64,000 nucleotides of DNA, taken from the NCBI GenBank assembly GCA_964016885.1, contig OZ024743.1, positions 20,894,001 to 20,958,000 of the forward strand, read 5' to 3'. The position numbers were made by a program, and so were the translations under genes. This DNA is from Eledone cirrhosa (lineage: Eukaryota). Below the pieces are notes generated by a model that had not been told where the DNA came from, did not search any database, and saw only the letters and a list, made by a program, of their open reading frames with translations. This document shows, one piece after another, positions 22,336 through 36,580 of this stretch. Positions within the stretch are counted from its first letter, which is position 1. The number at the start of each line of letters is the position of its first letter.

Positions 22336-23359
22336 ATATGTATGTATCTGTGTGTGAGTTATATATGTAAGTTTATGTGTATGTGTATATATGTATGTAT
22401 GTATTTATATATATATATATATATATATTTATGTGTGTGTACTACTTTCACTTTTATGTCTTTTCCTCACATCTTCATTTGTTTGTTTTCCAATTGTCCC
22501 TCATATATTATCTTTACTTCATTTTATAAACTCTATCAATATAACCCAACAGAATGATACTAGACAAATATTCTTTTATAGATCCTTCACTATAAGTTCC
22601 TACTTTCATATAGATCAGTTATATTGCTTCTTTTACTATATAAAATTCAAGATATAAATCTTAGAAAATAGAGAGAATAATGAATAAGACTTACAATAAG
22701 ATATTGATAAATCTGTTATGTCAGTTCTTCAAAATGCTAATGTATATTTTGAAGGCTCTCTAAAACCATATTTTAAAAATACAATCTTCTAAGAGCTATT
22801 AATATACAGAAAAAGTCTATTGTCAAAATAGATATCTGAAAAAGACATGAATATAATATTCTAGAATTGAATTTGTCTTTATAAACTTATTTTATAATTA
22901 TTAAACAGCTAACTCTCTTTTGTTTTTCTTGAACTGGCAAGTTTGATTTTTATTTTATTTTTGTTAAGTAAAAGTTCAAGAATATATATATAGAAGAGTT
23001 ACTGTGAGTGTAGAAGCAGGAGATATGGATGTTGCATTAGTCACCATTTAGTTAATTGGCTGTTATGTCATGAAAATACTAAAAGCAAAGCCAGCATTTA
23101 TAAAGATCACTCAACAATAATGATCAACAGGTCTCTAATCTCATCTCTTTTCTTGTCATAATCTTGGAGGCCCAAGTTACCTTTGTATGTTGGTAATATC
23201 ATTTTCTCCAGTTCTCTATGCTCTGAGTTTAAATTAACCCCTCACATCCCCTGAGCTCAACTTTGCCTTTCATCTTTTTGAGGTGGAAAACAAATGTACC
23301 AATCCAGTACTTGGGTCGATTCTTCCACTAATATCTCTTTCTTACTTTTGCTCTACCAT

Positions 23360-23455
<96 letters not shown>

Positions 23456-26400
23456 ACACACACACACACACATTAAGAAATCAGGTATGTTCAGATCTGG
23501 AGAGAGATGAGCTTTGCCAGGTTTAAAGCCCAAGTCAAACCATGTCATGACAGTTTCCCTATGACTCCATCAGGAATTGCAGATCTATACACATAATATA
23601 GTTTTCATTGTAAAATCTGTTAAAGATCTAGAAATGTTTGAAACTTGATACCATAGGCATTGCTCATGTTAATGTTTTTCTCCAATCTTTGTATACAATA
23701 TCTTCAATTACTTTCTCATATCATTTTAGTACACAGTTAGGAAATATTCATATTTCTTATTTTATAAATCCTTTTATTACTATTGTTAGTGATTCAGCTT
23801 TACATAATATTTCATATGAATGAATACCTGGGTATTCTATTTATCCTATTTTATATTTCTCAACCTATTTTTACCTGTTCATACCTAAGTTTTGATCACC
23901 TAAAATGTTATATATACATATACAGAGGCCACAATTTATTAATCCTTTCTATCATACCAAATATATTTGCTGTCTCTAATAAATTGACTAACACCCCTCT
24001 GGCAATGGTAATCTGGCAAACATACTAACTTTAACAATATCAAAATATAAATTATACTTTTCACAAGGAAGGGCTTTCTGAAAAGATACATTATAAACAT
24101 TGCTTTATTACACCTTAAACTTGGGTATTATTTTCTAGATCAACAGTTGAAAAGCAAACAGAAAATTGTAATTTAAATTTTTTTTTATTAAAAAAAGGAA
24201 TACAATACATTGAACTTACTTTATTTACCAGAAGTAATTAATATTTCTAAGTATTGAATCTTATTTACATTGCCCAGTAACTTAATAAGATCATGGCTTT
24301 TGAAAGTAATTTAAACATAGTATGTGCTATACTACAGCATGTTGAGCTCAAACTGGAATAATAATCAGTAGCTTTTTGGAATGCTACAGCAACTATAGTA
24401 TACCCAGTAGTCTCATTGATTGATATATTGATTTTCTTCATGTTTCTTTTGTCCACACCAAACAATACCACCTACCTGATTCTATTGCTATATGAAGGTC
24501 ACATTAACACAGTAGATTTTCTCTCATGTTTCTACATCAACTCTATAAAAAGCTTTAAATCTATTTTTTATGCAAGGTGCATTGAGAATCAAGTTGACTA
24601 TTTAAAGAAGTTCACACATTACCCAAGCTAGAATGTATTTGCCAAATTTTCAAACTTCTAAAAGGAAAATTTAGAACAAAGTCTTTAGTAACATGTAGCT
24701 AACAAAACTTCAAAGGATTTTCTGTATGTTAGTTGTGAAACATTGTTTGGAAACTAAATTGAGACCTATCATCCCCGAATCCTACTATCTTCAGCATATG
24801 TTAGCTCTTTAGATCATTTCTTTTGTTTTAATACTGCATTTTTTATCAGATATTTTTGCCAGAATTATATCACTGTGAGAGATATTAATCATAACCTGTA
24901 TATTTTATATTATTCATTTAAGTTAATGTTCAGTATATCTGCCCTCCAATGGCTGTCCATTTACTTTCTGAAGTTAAAATAGTGTGTAAGAGATAATCAC
25001 TTATTCTGAAGATCTATTTAGATAAATGTAAGAAATGTTATTTTCTAAGCTTTTAGCTTTACTACTTTGATACTAAAAATTTGGCTATTAATTTTCTAGA
25101 TTTTCTGAAGTAAGCCAGCTTCTTTTATGTCTGTGAGAGGAGAAAACATGTATATGAAGCTGTTTAATAAAACTTTCCTCATACTATTTTTTTCCATTAA
25201 GAATAAGTTTTATTGGTCTAGTAATACATTTTTTCCATTAAGAAGTCATTTTTTTGTTTGTTTTTTGTATGTCTTTTTTTTTTGGGGGGGGGGGGGGGGG
25301 CTAAGTTTCGATATTTTTAATCATTATATAGATTTCTTTCCTTAGCTACTTTCTGCCTCAGCTTTGTTTATCAGCTATTCCATGCCTGTCACTGTTCCTC
25401 TTTACAATCCTTCTCTAAACAAAAGCAAATATTGCATATTTCACTAGGGCTACAAGAAATTGTGAATTACAATGTTATTCATATTTCAGCCACAATTGGA
25501 AAACACCTTAGAGTTGATATAAGTACCTAGTTTTGTTTGGAATAATTTTGCTATTTTGCTTCACTTGCTCTGCTCATGTGGGAAACACACAATTCTTCTT
25601 TCCCTCTCCAAAGAAAATAAAAGTTCAGTCGTCTATTCAATAAATTATATCCATTTATGCCAATCTGAATGTAGTCAACTTTGATTAACACTTATAAAGC
25701 ATACAGCTTTACTAACTTCCGAATGTGTATATTAACACATTGCTAAATCTTTGAACATTTTCTTTTCTTTTTATTAGTTGGTTTTGTAGCATCTGCAAGC
25801 ATATATATTTTTCATCTTAAAATGTCTGCTATTTCAATATTAAGTCATTTCATATTATCTCTGAAATTATTTTATTATATGTGCATAAAATTTCAGTTGT
25901 AATAATTTAATATTTGATTTATGTGTCAGAAAACTTCATTGATTAAGATTCATAAAATACATCTTTTGATTTAAAAAGTAGAGACTTCATATGATTTCAA
26001 TCAATACCTGCCTACAAAACAGCAATATTTGTGTCCCACTATTTGTGATACTGAAATAAAAATCTATTCCACCCTAATAAAAGTATTTAACTGCAGTATT
26101 ATCTTGCATATTTAATAAAAGAAAATTTTTCGTGGCAACAGAATTGATGATGATGATGTAATATTAACAAGTTTATTTTGTTAGTTCATATTGTGTTCAA
26201 TGTTTTGAATTCATTCCTCTACTATATTAAAACATACTCATAGAAACTGTATTCTGTCTTACCCTGCCAAAAGGCTTTGAAATGTATTGCTGAAAAAATA
26301 TCTTTCTTACCTCTTCTATAAAAACTATTTTATATTTTTGTAATAGAAAAGGATATTACTATAAAACATTCCCTCAAAAAAACTTTTTTTAAATATATTT

Positions 26401-28529
26401 GATATGGTTTAAAATAGGTTTTATTTTAGATATATATTTTATCCAGTTGAGCTACAGAGTACATTATGTGATTCATAAATATGAATTATATTTTACATAC
26501 TTTCCAGATAATCTGCTCTTTATGCTCATTATAAATGATATACTACACAGAGTTAATTATTTTTAAATATCTAATTTATAAGAATGCTTTCACAATGTAT
26601 TTTCCAAATGAGATGTTTTTCATGGTTATGTTATGTATTTAACTGTTACTAACAATTAGGTAGAAATATTAAGCTACTGTAAATTGAAATAGAATAGGGT
26701 TTCATGACATGAAAAATATTTAGAGTATGAGAGACAACATCAATTTATAAGTTCAAGCAGTTAATTATGAATTAATAACTTGCTTAATGAAATGATGTAA
26801 GTCCAGATTCATTAATATTCAATCTTACACTATTGGTAATTAGATTGATACGTGAAATCTTTACATTTTTCAATTCTTCATTTGATGTTTAAAAGATATT
26901 TTCTGTATTTTCTTTTTGTTCCAATTTGCATTATAGGATGAAGCCATAAACTCTTATTCATTATGATTATTGTTAAAGTTTAGTGCTAATTGTAATGTCT
27001 AAATGAAGCCTAATTGCAGTTAATGATTTTAAAGTTTAGCTACACTTCACAATAACATTTGATCAATCAAAAAAGCTAAAATAGCAGCTGAATTCATTTT
27101 TTTTTTTTTTTTTTTTCTTTCTGAATTCCATTATTTAATCTAACATATTTTAAAATACAATGCTTAGTTCACAATCTGAAAACCTTGGAAGAGCTAAAAG
27201 AAAATTTAAAACTTACACTTAAAAGTATTGAAAGAATATAATAAATATTAGGCTTTATAAAATAGCCTTTCAAATGTTGCCTTATTTTGAAGGTAAACAT
27301 GCACTGTAGAGAGAAACTTAGTTCATTGTAAGCAATAATACTTGCACATATATATGAAATACCGTTTTATTCTTGACAAGTTGACAGCAAGCATTTACTT
27401 CAAGTGCTCTATCTTAACTCTTAAAGTTTTCAAGTTGTCTTTAAAGGTGAGTAAGTGAATCAATACACCTTTAAAAGTAATAGAGTTTTTAATTTTTCTC
27501 AGACCTACATTATCTCAGTTTTGAAAAGAACATTAGGGGGCATATTTTTAAAAGCTAGAAAGATATTCTATTTATTTCAATTTTATTTTTCATGATGTAA
27601 ATTCTTTATATATTTTGTTGTTATCGTCGTCATCATCATCATCGTCGTCGTTTTAACATCCGCTTTCCCTGCTAGTATTCATGGTTATCAATTTCTGTTT
27701 TATTTTCATTTCCCCTTGCTTTTATCTATCACCATGATTACATATAAACCTGGAAGTAGTTGTAGGACTATAATCTTGCTGGACTGGAGAAAATTCTACT
27801 CATTGCCATATAGAATAGTGGATACTCTTCTACATGTCAATTAATACATATTGAATTGTAAATTTTAAATATTCATAGCATCAGAGGCTTAGTACAGTGC
27901 ATTGAATACTCAATTATCCAATAACTATATCAGTCACTGAAGCCAGAAAAATAGGATTATTCAATCTCACTATTAAAGAATGGCAAGTTTCTGATGGATT
28001 TACATAGTAAATAGAATAGATATTTGCAAACAAAGATCTTCAATAGTGTTCATTATCTTGAACAAACATATTTTCCCTTCCATTTAACAGAGATTTGGCA
28101 TTAAAATTCCCTCCACATTTGTTATATATACATGACAATCAACTTTTCATCCTTCTTACTCAGTTCTTATTCTCATCTAAACATATCTTCCATGAGGCAG
28201 GGTATCCTTGCTCCCCACCCTCTCTCTCTCAGTATAGCCGAGATGACACTTTAGTTGAATCAAGATGATGACTTCCTTAGTGCTTGTGCCATGAACAATG
28301 CACCCATTACACTGTAAAGTGGTTGATGTTTAGGAAAGGCTTCCAGCAGTTGAATTAATGCCAAAAAGATTGAGAGAACTCATCAGTCACATAATGTCAT
28401 CGATATGACAACTTCTCTAGTGTTGCTGCCATGATAAAATGCACCCAGTACACTGTAAAGTGTTTGGTATTAGGAAGGACATTCAGCTGTAGAAAACATG
28501 TCAAACAAAAGGCCGAGAAGTCTTTTTAT

Positions 28530-29330
28530 TTCTGTTAAGGATCCCTAAAAGACTGTCATCTACAAATGTGTGTTCACAAATGTGAAATTGACTGAACCAA
28601 GAAATCAGACAGACATTGAAAGGGCACTGAAAGAGGTAATGCCTAATATTCAGCATATTGCAAGGGCTAGGCAATATGTTGGCAAAAGTGAAGCTCTGGC
28701 CATTAAACACTCCATGGTATTTAGGAAGAAGGACAGTAAGGGTTAAGATCTCTGGGATCCCATCAGAGGTGAATATCTGGAGGATATTCACCTGCATTGT
28801 CCTTGAAGGAAGCAATATCCTCCTGGAAGTGAAAAGAACCAAGCAAGAAACTGGTCCTGGATCATTGTGAAGGTACTACTTTACATCAAACCAGATGACA
28901 TCCACAAATTTCCAGATCTTGTTGCCTTCTGTGTAGGCAAACTGGCCACTTTAGAGCTTTCTGTCCTTAATAGAAGATAAGGAAACCACCAGGCCACTTT
29001 GCTGCCAATATCAGGACCCCAAGAGCCACAACAACAACAACAACAGTGGCACTAACCATGGTAGCAGCAGCAAAATCAACAATAAAACCAACAACTGCAG
29101 CATCACCCACAAATGCAATAGAAGCACCACCAACAGACAATGGGAAAAGCTCCCAGGAGGTTTCCCTATGAAACTCTCTCTCTTCTCTAAACACAAGCAC
29201 ACTCTCATCCATGTCAGAAACAAAATCCACAGACACTGTTGCCTCCTCATCTCAAAGTGAAGATGAGAGGGAACCCCAAAACAAAAAAGAAAATGCACAA
29301 AAGAATTGTCTTGCAGTGTACCAACACACA
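28530..29330 (+). mobile_element. Decayed LINE ORF1 (gag-like, L1/Tx1-type) remnant
   Basis: PWYLGRRTVRVKISGIPSEV (RRM-like), then a CX2CX4HX4C knuckle CLLCRQTGHFRAFC at 28923-28964 and a low-complexity T/A/P tail. Confidence 0.65.
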
Positions 29331-29415
29331 GCAGAAACCTACAATAAATACAGGCACATCTAATTGAAAGAGCCAACTTAGTCACACACTGTGTCAGCCT
29401 GAATATCCCTGTTAA

Positions 29416-29699
29416 TCCTTTATTTAGCATTTACATTATATATATACTATTGTATTTTTATGGTAAAGGCTTTACCTCACATAATTATCTCACATAATAT
29501 CGAATCTATGAGATTTTGATATTATTTATTCTGAGAACAATATCTTAACGTTGGTGTGAGTGACGTTAAGAAACAAAAAAAAAACCCAAACAGAAACACA
29601 CATATGACTATAATCTGGCACCAGCAGAGTTATGGACGGTTTGAACAGAAATAGGTGAGAGAATTCTGGCCGGATATGGCTGGTTTAAATGCTAATAGG
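29416..29699 (-). mobile_element. piggyBac-type MITE (same family as 46116-46328) carrying a foreign ~65 bp insert
   Basis: TTAA at 29412-29415 and 29700-29703; body is the reverse complement of the 46116 copy apart from 29564-29626. Confidence 0.7.
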
Positions 29700-30715
29700 T
29701 TAAAGGTACATATGTCTGTGAAATGCTCAACTATTTAAACTTTAAGCAGGTTGTCATCATTGCAAATTAATGGAGATCCATCGATTGATCGATCATGTCA
29801 TCGTTATTTTGCCTCAGTTATATAAAAGTATGTGATTTCATGGTAAAAAATATATTTATTTGTTATAGAATTAGATATGAATTATATTAGAAATCCTATA
29901 TTTTGCTGATTCTGAATGTCGCAATGCATCAAATAAAACTTCCTTGAAATTGAAGTGCTTCAAATAAGACTTCTGATGTCGTTGAACTTATGTCAGTTTC
30001 TGTGGTTCCTTTCTCCACAGTTTCTTTATGTACATACCAATACACAGGCATCTACTTGATGAACTATTCTACTCAACCTTAATCCTATAGTCAATCCTAT
30101 TTTAGATGTTACTATGAAATATATAAATATAAATATATATATTGTTTACTTCTCAGTAAGAAATACTTCTTAATATTTGTTATTTTATCATCAATTGTTC
30201 CATTTATACATTTTTATTTATAACATTTTTTTTTCTGAATAAATATAAATTATTGATCCCATCCTGGACAAATATTTACATATCATTCAAAAGCTGTAGT
30301 CTATCAAGGTCACTGTTAAAAATAGAAAATTATCGATTTGAAGAATAAAATATATTTTTTTCCTATTTGTTATTCAAAACATTGGAAAAGATTTTATACG
30401 TTTTGAAACTCTTTGCAAACTTTTGAAACAATCATAGGGATTAAATTAGTAACTGAAGTAAAAGTCTGAAACAATTTTTTTTATCTGATTTGAGGTCTGA
30501 TTTAATGATGTCGGAAGAAAATCACTTTATCAATATATTTTATATAAATATCAAATGAACTTTTACAACAATTTGGTTTTTCACTATAATAATATTTTGT
30601 TTTCATTAAATATTACTTTTATAACTCTGCTGGTGCCAAATTATAGTCGTATGTGTGTTTCTGTTGTTTTTTTTATTTTTGTTTCTTAACAATTTACTGT
30701 CTACCTTAATTTCAG

Positions 30716-30811
30716 ATATTTGCTGATTTACGAAGAAATAAAATTCATATCATCATTGGAGATTTTTTTGACTATGCAGCTCGCTTAGTTATGTGTGAAG
30801 CATATCAACAG
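30716..30811 (+). CDS. Host exon: GABA-B-receptor-like Venus-flytrap (ANF-receptor/PBP1) domain
   Basis: ttcag|...|gtatt, 96 nt, phase 0: IFADLRRNKIHIIIGDFFDYAARLVMCEAYQQ (compare GABA-B RIIxGxFxExxARxVFCEAY). Confidence 0.9.
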
Positions 30812-32762
30812 GTATTTGTAAATTTTTGAATTTATTTGAAAATATTCCTACATTATATATTATTTCATTGCTATTCATATAATATATTGTCAGTTTTGTT
30901 TATAAAATCACATTTTAGTTTAATCTGTAGATGAATTTATGTATTTAAAAGTTAGTTAACAACATTTACGAGCTCAACATCAAAGTACTGTTGACAAAGT
31001 TTAAGTAAAAGCGAGCAGAAATAAAATCTAAAATGTTATTCCCTATGAATCTAATAAAATAGCTTAAGTGAAGGTGAGTGATAAATTTAGAAACAACAAA
31101 CATTAATTTAAAGATAATATTCTATTGTTGCTCTTTAGACAGCAATAAATTCTGTCATATGCAGAACTTTGGAAAATGTTTGTAACAAATTGAATGTGGT
31201 TAATCTGTATCAGTTATTTATGTTCTGCCTTTTGGGAACCATAATTTGCTAAGATTACTGCATCAGGATTTCATTGTATGAGTAATGCTATAATAAAAGT
31301 ACAACAATGACTAAAGTGATGATAAAATTAAACTAATTGATAATTCTGTGTCAGTTGACTAAGGCTATTCCCTTTGGTTTCAGCATTTAACATAATCTTT
31401 ACAACATCTGGACAATCTAACTTAAAACATTGCAGTGAACAATATTTTGTTTGTTATAGCTGTCTTTGATAGAAGGTTTGACTAATATAACTCAATACAT
31501 ATTCCTTTTTATCAAAAGTGTAGTTGCATGTAGGTTGTGATACTTTGTGCAGATTGTATTATGTATTGTTACAACTCATATCTACATAAGGTTTGTTTAG
31601 CATTTTAATGTTATATCAAGTCACCATTTTCCCAGTGGCTTAAGGCGGGATTTGAATTTACAATGCACAAAGTCAGAACAGATATTGCTAGGCTTTCATT
31701 CTGCCAATCCAACACCTTGAAATAGTGCATTATTTATCAAGGCTGAAAAGATGGAAATCAAAGTTGGTCCTAACTGGTTTCCAGATCAGAGTGCTGAGAG
31801 CCAGAACAAGTACTAGTTCTGCCAAACCACCACTTTATGCCTCATCCAAACTATGGTATCATGTCATATAGAAAGCTGATTCTATGCTGATATTTTTGAA
31901 AGCTACTGTGTATGTTACATCACCATCATTATTGTTTTCTCTGCTAGTAAGTGTTGGATCTGTTCAACACTCAAGTGGAGCTACTGACTTTCAGGTGCAA
32001 CAAGGGTCAGACAACTGATCCTGCACTTTACGAAGTACATTTTATCATGACACCATCAAAAATAGGGAATTTGTTATGTCCTCTCCTGAAGACTCCTCTC
32101 AAACCTTTGTTTGGTGGGTTTTCTATAGAGGGCTGCCTCTTTTATCATCAACCAATTTACAGAGTGTACTGGATACATTTGTCATGTAGATCATGAACAC
32201 TAGGAAGATTGTCATGTCTATGGCACAACTGAAGTGTCCTCCTGACCCTTTTGTTTACAAAAGCAATTTACAAAATGCTTGTCAATATCACTTCAAAATA
32301 GAATAAACTACATATGTTTAATTGTTGTATGTTGAAGTTACATATTTCAAATGACAATATAATTGTTAATCAAAGACAATCTTTTCTTTTTGTCTATATT
32401 GAATCCATTATCTAATTTGCATTTCTGAATATGAATTGAAATTTACAAAAACAAATGAATTGTTGAAAGATTAGTCAATACATTGAGGAGATAAAAGTAA
32501 TGGTATTGAAAAATGTAGTAAATGGCATATAGAATGGTTATGTATTACAGGGGAAGTTGCTGAAATGATAAGGCACTGTTGACCTCAGAAGAAGTTTTGA
32601 CTCAGATGATAAAAAGCTGGAACAAATACAATACATTGTCTGATGCACTAACAACTCTGCTTGTCCACTATATATACATAATTCAAGTTCGTATTGTTGT
32701 CTATATTTCTTAATATCTAGATTTATAGTCTAATTCTTATCAAATCATCTATTACTTTCCAG

Positions 32763-33035
32763 AAAATGACATCATATGAAGGCTACGCTTGGTTTCTACC
32801 AGCTTGGCTTTCTGAAGACTGGTGGGATGTCGACTACTACAATAGTCCACCAGGACGTGATGACACTCGGCCACAGGAAGCAGTGCCTTGCTCAACAGAA
32901 GAAATGGAACAAGCCGTTGAAGGATATTTCATTTTGTCCAAGAGCTTTTATAACGATAATGGAAAGAAAAGTGTTGCAGGAGATATCACTGTGAATAAAT
33001 TTAGATCAATATATGCCGTCAAAGCCGGAAAAGCA
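32763..33035 (+). CDS. Next host exon of the same GABA-B-like receptor ectodomain
   Basis: ttccag|...|gtaag, 273 nt, phase 0, in frame with the previous exon: KMTSYEGYAWFLPAWLSEDWWDVDYYN...VPCSTEEMEQAVEGYF (compare YVWFLxGWYxDNWW...CTxEEMxxAxEG). Confidence 0.92.
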
Positions 33036-36000
33036 GTAAGCAGCAACTTTTTTCACTTTTAATTCTTTATTTGAAAATTACGCAGCTATTTATAGATACT
33101 GTTTATTTTCTTTGCAACTTTAAAGCTGTCATGTGATGAATACTTAATGTGAATGGATCGTAGATTACAGCTAATACAATGTCTTAAAATTAAGGAATCA
33201 GCTTATTTTTATTGATTATTGCTAGTTGTTTATTTGTGTTTTATTATTATTGATTACAAAACAAATTAACTGTGAATGCAATTCTCATTTTTTCAGTGTG
33301 TGTGTGTGTATGTGTGTATCTACTTAGTAATCAAAGTAAGGATTAAGTAATAGTGGGCAATTATAGTTAATATTCTACCTATGCAGTATAAATAATTGAA
33401 GACAAAGCCAGTTGGAGAGGCAATTTTAATATTAGGAAAACATTTGAAGGATGTTGATGCTGAATAATGAGATACTATCTGGGTTCATTGTGTAAATATT
33501 TTATTATTTTACATTTTGCTCTACATTTATTTTAGCAATGTTTTATTTTTAGAATGTAATTATAGTTGATACATGATGTGTTCTACTTTTACATAACATC
33601 CATTAGAAAATAATTAAATATTTTAAAGAAAACAAAAGAAATGTCTAACAAACAAACTTCAGATTAACCTTGTTGACTGTTGATCATGTTTTGGTGTTCA
33701 TTCCTATTTGAATCCATTTTGATATATCTCTTAAATCCCGCTTCTCTCTTCTACAGTTCCTCATGCACTACCATCACTCTTCTCTATATTAATTTTTTTA
33801 TTATATTTGAAATGTTCTAAAAATTGATTAGGCATTGCAAAAAATCACAATTTCATCTGTTTGCAATAATTAAGTTTCTATTTATAATATCTAAAAGAGA
33901 ACTTAAAGGATTGTAATGCTTTTTCTTCTGCGTTATTAGGATAGTACAGCTTTATCTCACTAACAAAGAGGAATCTCAGCTGCAATCATTGATTAAACTT
34001 ATCAATATTTCAGAGCCTAATGCTCCACTTTTGGGACTATATTGTTGCTTTGTTTGATTTTCATAAAAGCCCTATTACTTCTCGGATTGAATTATATCAG
34101 AGCTTTTTCTATGTGGAATCTAAATTTAATTAGAAAACTACAAACCTCTTTCATTTGAATAAAACGACTTTTTCCAAAGATTTTTAAAAAAGAAACAACA
34201 TGTTGTTTGTATGTGGCAACTATGTATATATTCATGTAGGAGGAAAATAACTCAGTTGGTGATATATATTTGACTAGCAGATCATTAGTTGTAAGTTCAT
34301 ATGCACTTAAGGTATTGTTATGTCTTCAAGCAGGACATTTTGTGATCTATTTCACCTAGTTGCAGAAAATAGGTTCCATATTTTTGCTAGATTTGCTGGA
34401 AATATTAACTCTTATATCATATATATTACTTAATACAGAAATTGTCTCATGTATTAAATTTCATTATCATCATCATCACCACCGTTTAACATCTGTTTTT
34501 CATGCTTGCATGGGTTAGACATGTTGTCATATTCTGTATCTAGACTGGTCAGTTGAGCAAATCTTGCTCATAATGTTCCATTTTTGAATTGATTTCTATG
34601 GTTGGATGTTCTTCCTAATACAAAATACATTAGAGTGTGTACTGGGAGCATTTTATCATGGCACCAGTACTACCATCATACAGAGTGGTCTTGGTGCATT
34701 TTGTCATAGCACCAGGACTACACAGAGTGGGTTATGTGAGATTTTATCATGGCATCAATAAGACTGCTTTACAGAATGGGCAGGATGTATTTTATCGTGG
34801 CACTAGCACTACCACATTACCACACTAGGGTGTTTGGTATATTACTGAATGCAATGGTACATGTCAATTTTATCAAATCCTGTAGCTCACAAAGACATTT
34901 ATGACTGTCTATTTACATGCATACAATATCGATTAAAAGTTCAGTGTCAACATAAAGCTCACCTATAACATTTAGACTTCACTTTCTTTACCACTATAAT
35001 TTTCTAGGTCCAAGCTTAACCTTTGTATTCCACTTAAACAAATTCTTAAGACAGATTCATTTATTATTCATTCTAGTTTTAAACATAAACTTTATGTTAG
35101 CTAATATTTTTACTTGTAAAAATCCTTTAACACAGATCATATCTGTCTTTCATACTATGACACTAATATACATACAAACAACATTTATATTTTTGTATTC
35201 TATACCATAAAGCCTATTAATGTTTCATCAAACTCATGAACATCAATTTATGTTCCCCATAACAAATTATGTTGTGCACATTATTGTGACTTTAAAAACA
35301 TCATTTGCTTTTTATTATGCTTCTGTTTAGTTTAGGTTTGCTTTTAATTTTCTGTTGGCTCCTCATGTAAAATGTAAAATGTTTGCTAGTTAATTGCTTT
35401 TTATTTATATTCAATGTTTTCAGTGATCACATAAATTGTTAAATGAACATTTGCAGCCTTAGTTTGTTCTTGTCATATTATTTTCTTATGGATGGCCATA
35501 TTGTTGTTGTCTCCATAATCTCAAGTGATCAATTTGTTCATATTTCTGTTGGAACTCTTTTTACTTTGTCTTTTTCTTTGTTTCTCTGTAATGTGTATTG
35601 GTCATTTAGAGATTGACTGGTGTTAATCCACACTTTGATAATACTGACGTAAAACAGTATAGCATAGAGAAATCTTGCCTAATGTTATAGGGATCTAAAC
35701 AATTAGATGTCATTTATCCTCATATTTATAGCATTATTCACAAACTAAAATCTCAATATTGATACTTATATTACTTAACTGATTCTCATTATGTGCATAT
35801 GATTACTTTATGTTAGTATTAGTTGTTATATTAGTAGTGATTATTAACATACTAACATTTGTTAACTACAATAATAATTACTTCTAACATTGGCACAAGG
35901 CCAGTAATTTAGGGGAGGGGAAAGTTTTTGACTGGTATTTTATTTCATCAACTCAAGAAGAATGAAAGGCAAAGTTAACCTTGGTATGATTTGAACTCAG

Positions 36001-36092
36001 AACATAGAAATTTGTAACTAAATATCTCAAAATATTTTGTCTGATGCTCTATCAATAATACAAATCCACAACTCTTTTAACAACAACAACAC

Positions 36093-36372
36093 ACTCAGAG
36101 TTGCTGAAGCATGGAACAAACTACCTGCATCAGTTGTTAGCTGTCGGGACACTGCATCCTTCAAAACTTCCATGCTTCCTGAAATTCGTCAATACAACAA
36201 CTGATATTTCCCCTCCATACACACAGATGCCTGTATCTGTCTGTATATCATGACTCATAAATTGTTCACTTTCCTGACATTTGTATATTATTATATGTAC
36301 TATACATGCACCTTTGATGAGTTGTAGTACACCTAAGCACTGTACACAATAATTTTCATTATTATTATTATT
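36093..36372 (+). mobile_element. CR1/L2-type LINE 3' end
   Basis: RVAEAWNKLPASVVSCRDTASFK (typical CR1-group RT C-terminus), 3' UTR and (ATT)n tail. Confidence 0.75.
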
Positions 36373-36386
36373 AATAATAGTTTTGT

Positions 36387-36580
36387 AGGGGCGGTGGATT
36401 GGCAGTATCGGTAGAGGGTCGGACGCCATGCTTTCCAGCATAGTTACCTCCCTTTACGATCTGAGTTCAAATCCAGCCGAGGTTGACTTTGCCTTTCATC
36501 CTTACAGGGTCGATAAAATAAAGTACCAGTAATGCACTGGGTAATTGCTGGCCTTGTGCCTAAAGTAGAAACAATTATTA
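36387..36580 (+). mobile_element. Second SINE family (tRNA head plus gactttgcctttcatcc...gtcgataaaataaagtaccag core); partial relatives at 46868-46972 and ~23220-23330
   Basis: B-box gagttcaaatcc; the core is repeated elsewhere in the window. Confidence 0.7.

Noticed and set aside
24265-24471. Minus-strand ORF as a possible host exon
   Set aside because: No recognisable protein motif or convincing splice pair; compatible with chance in AT-rich DNA.
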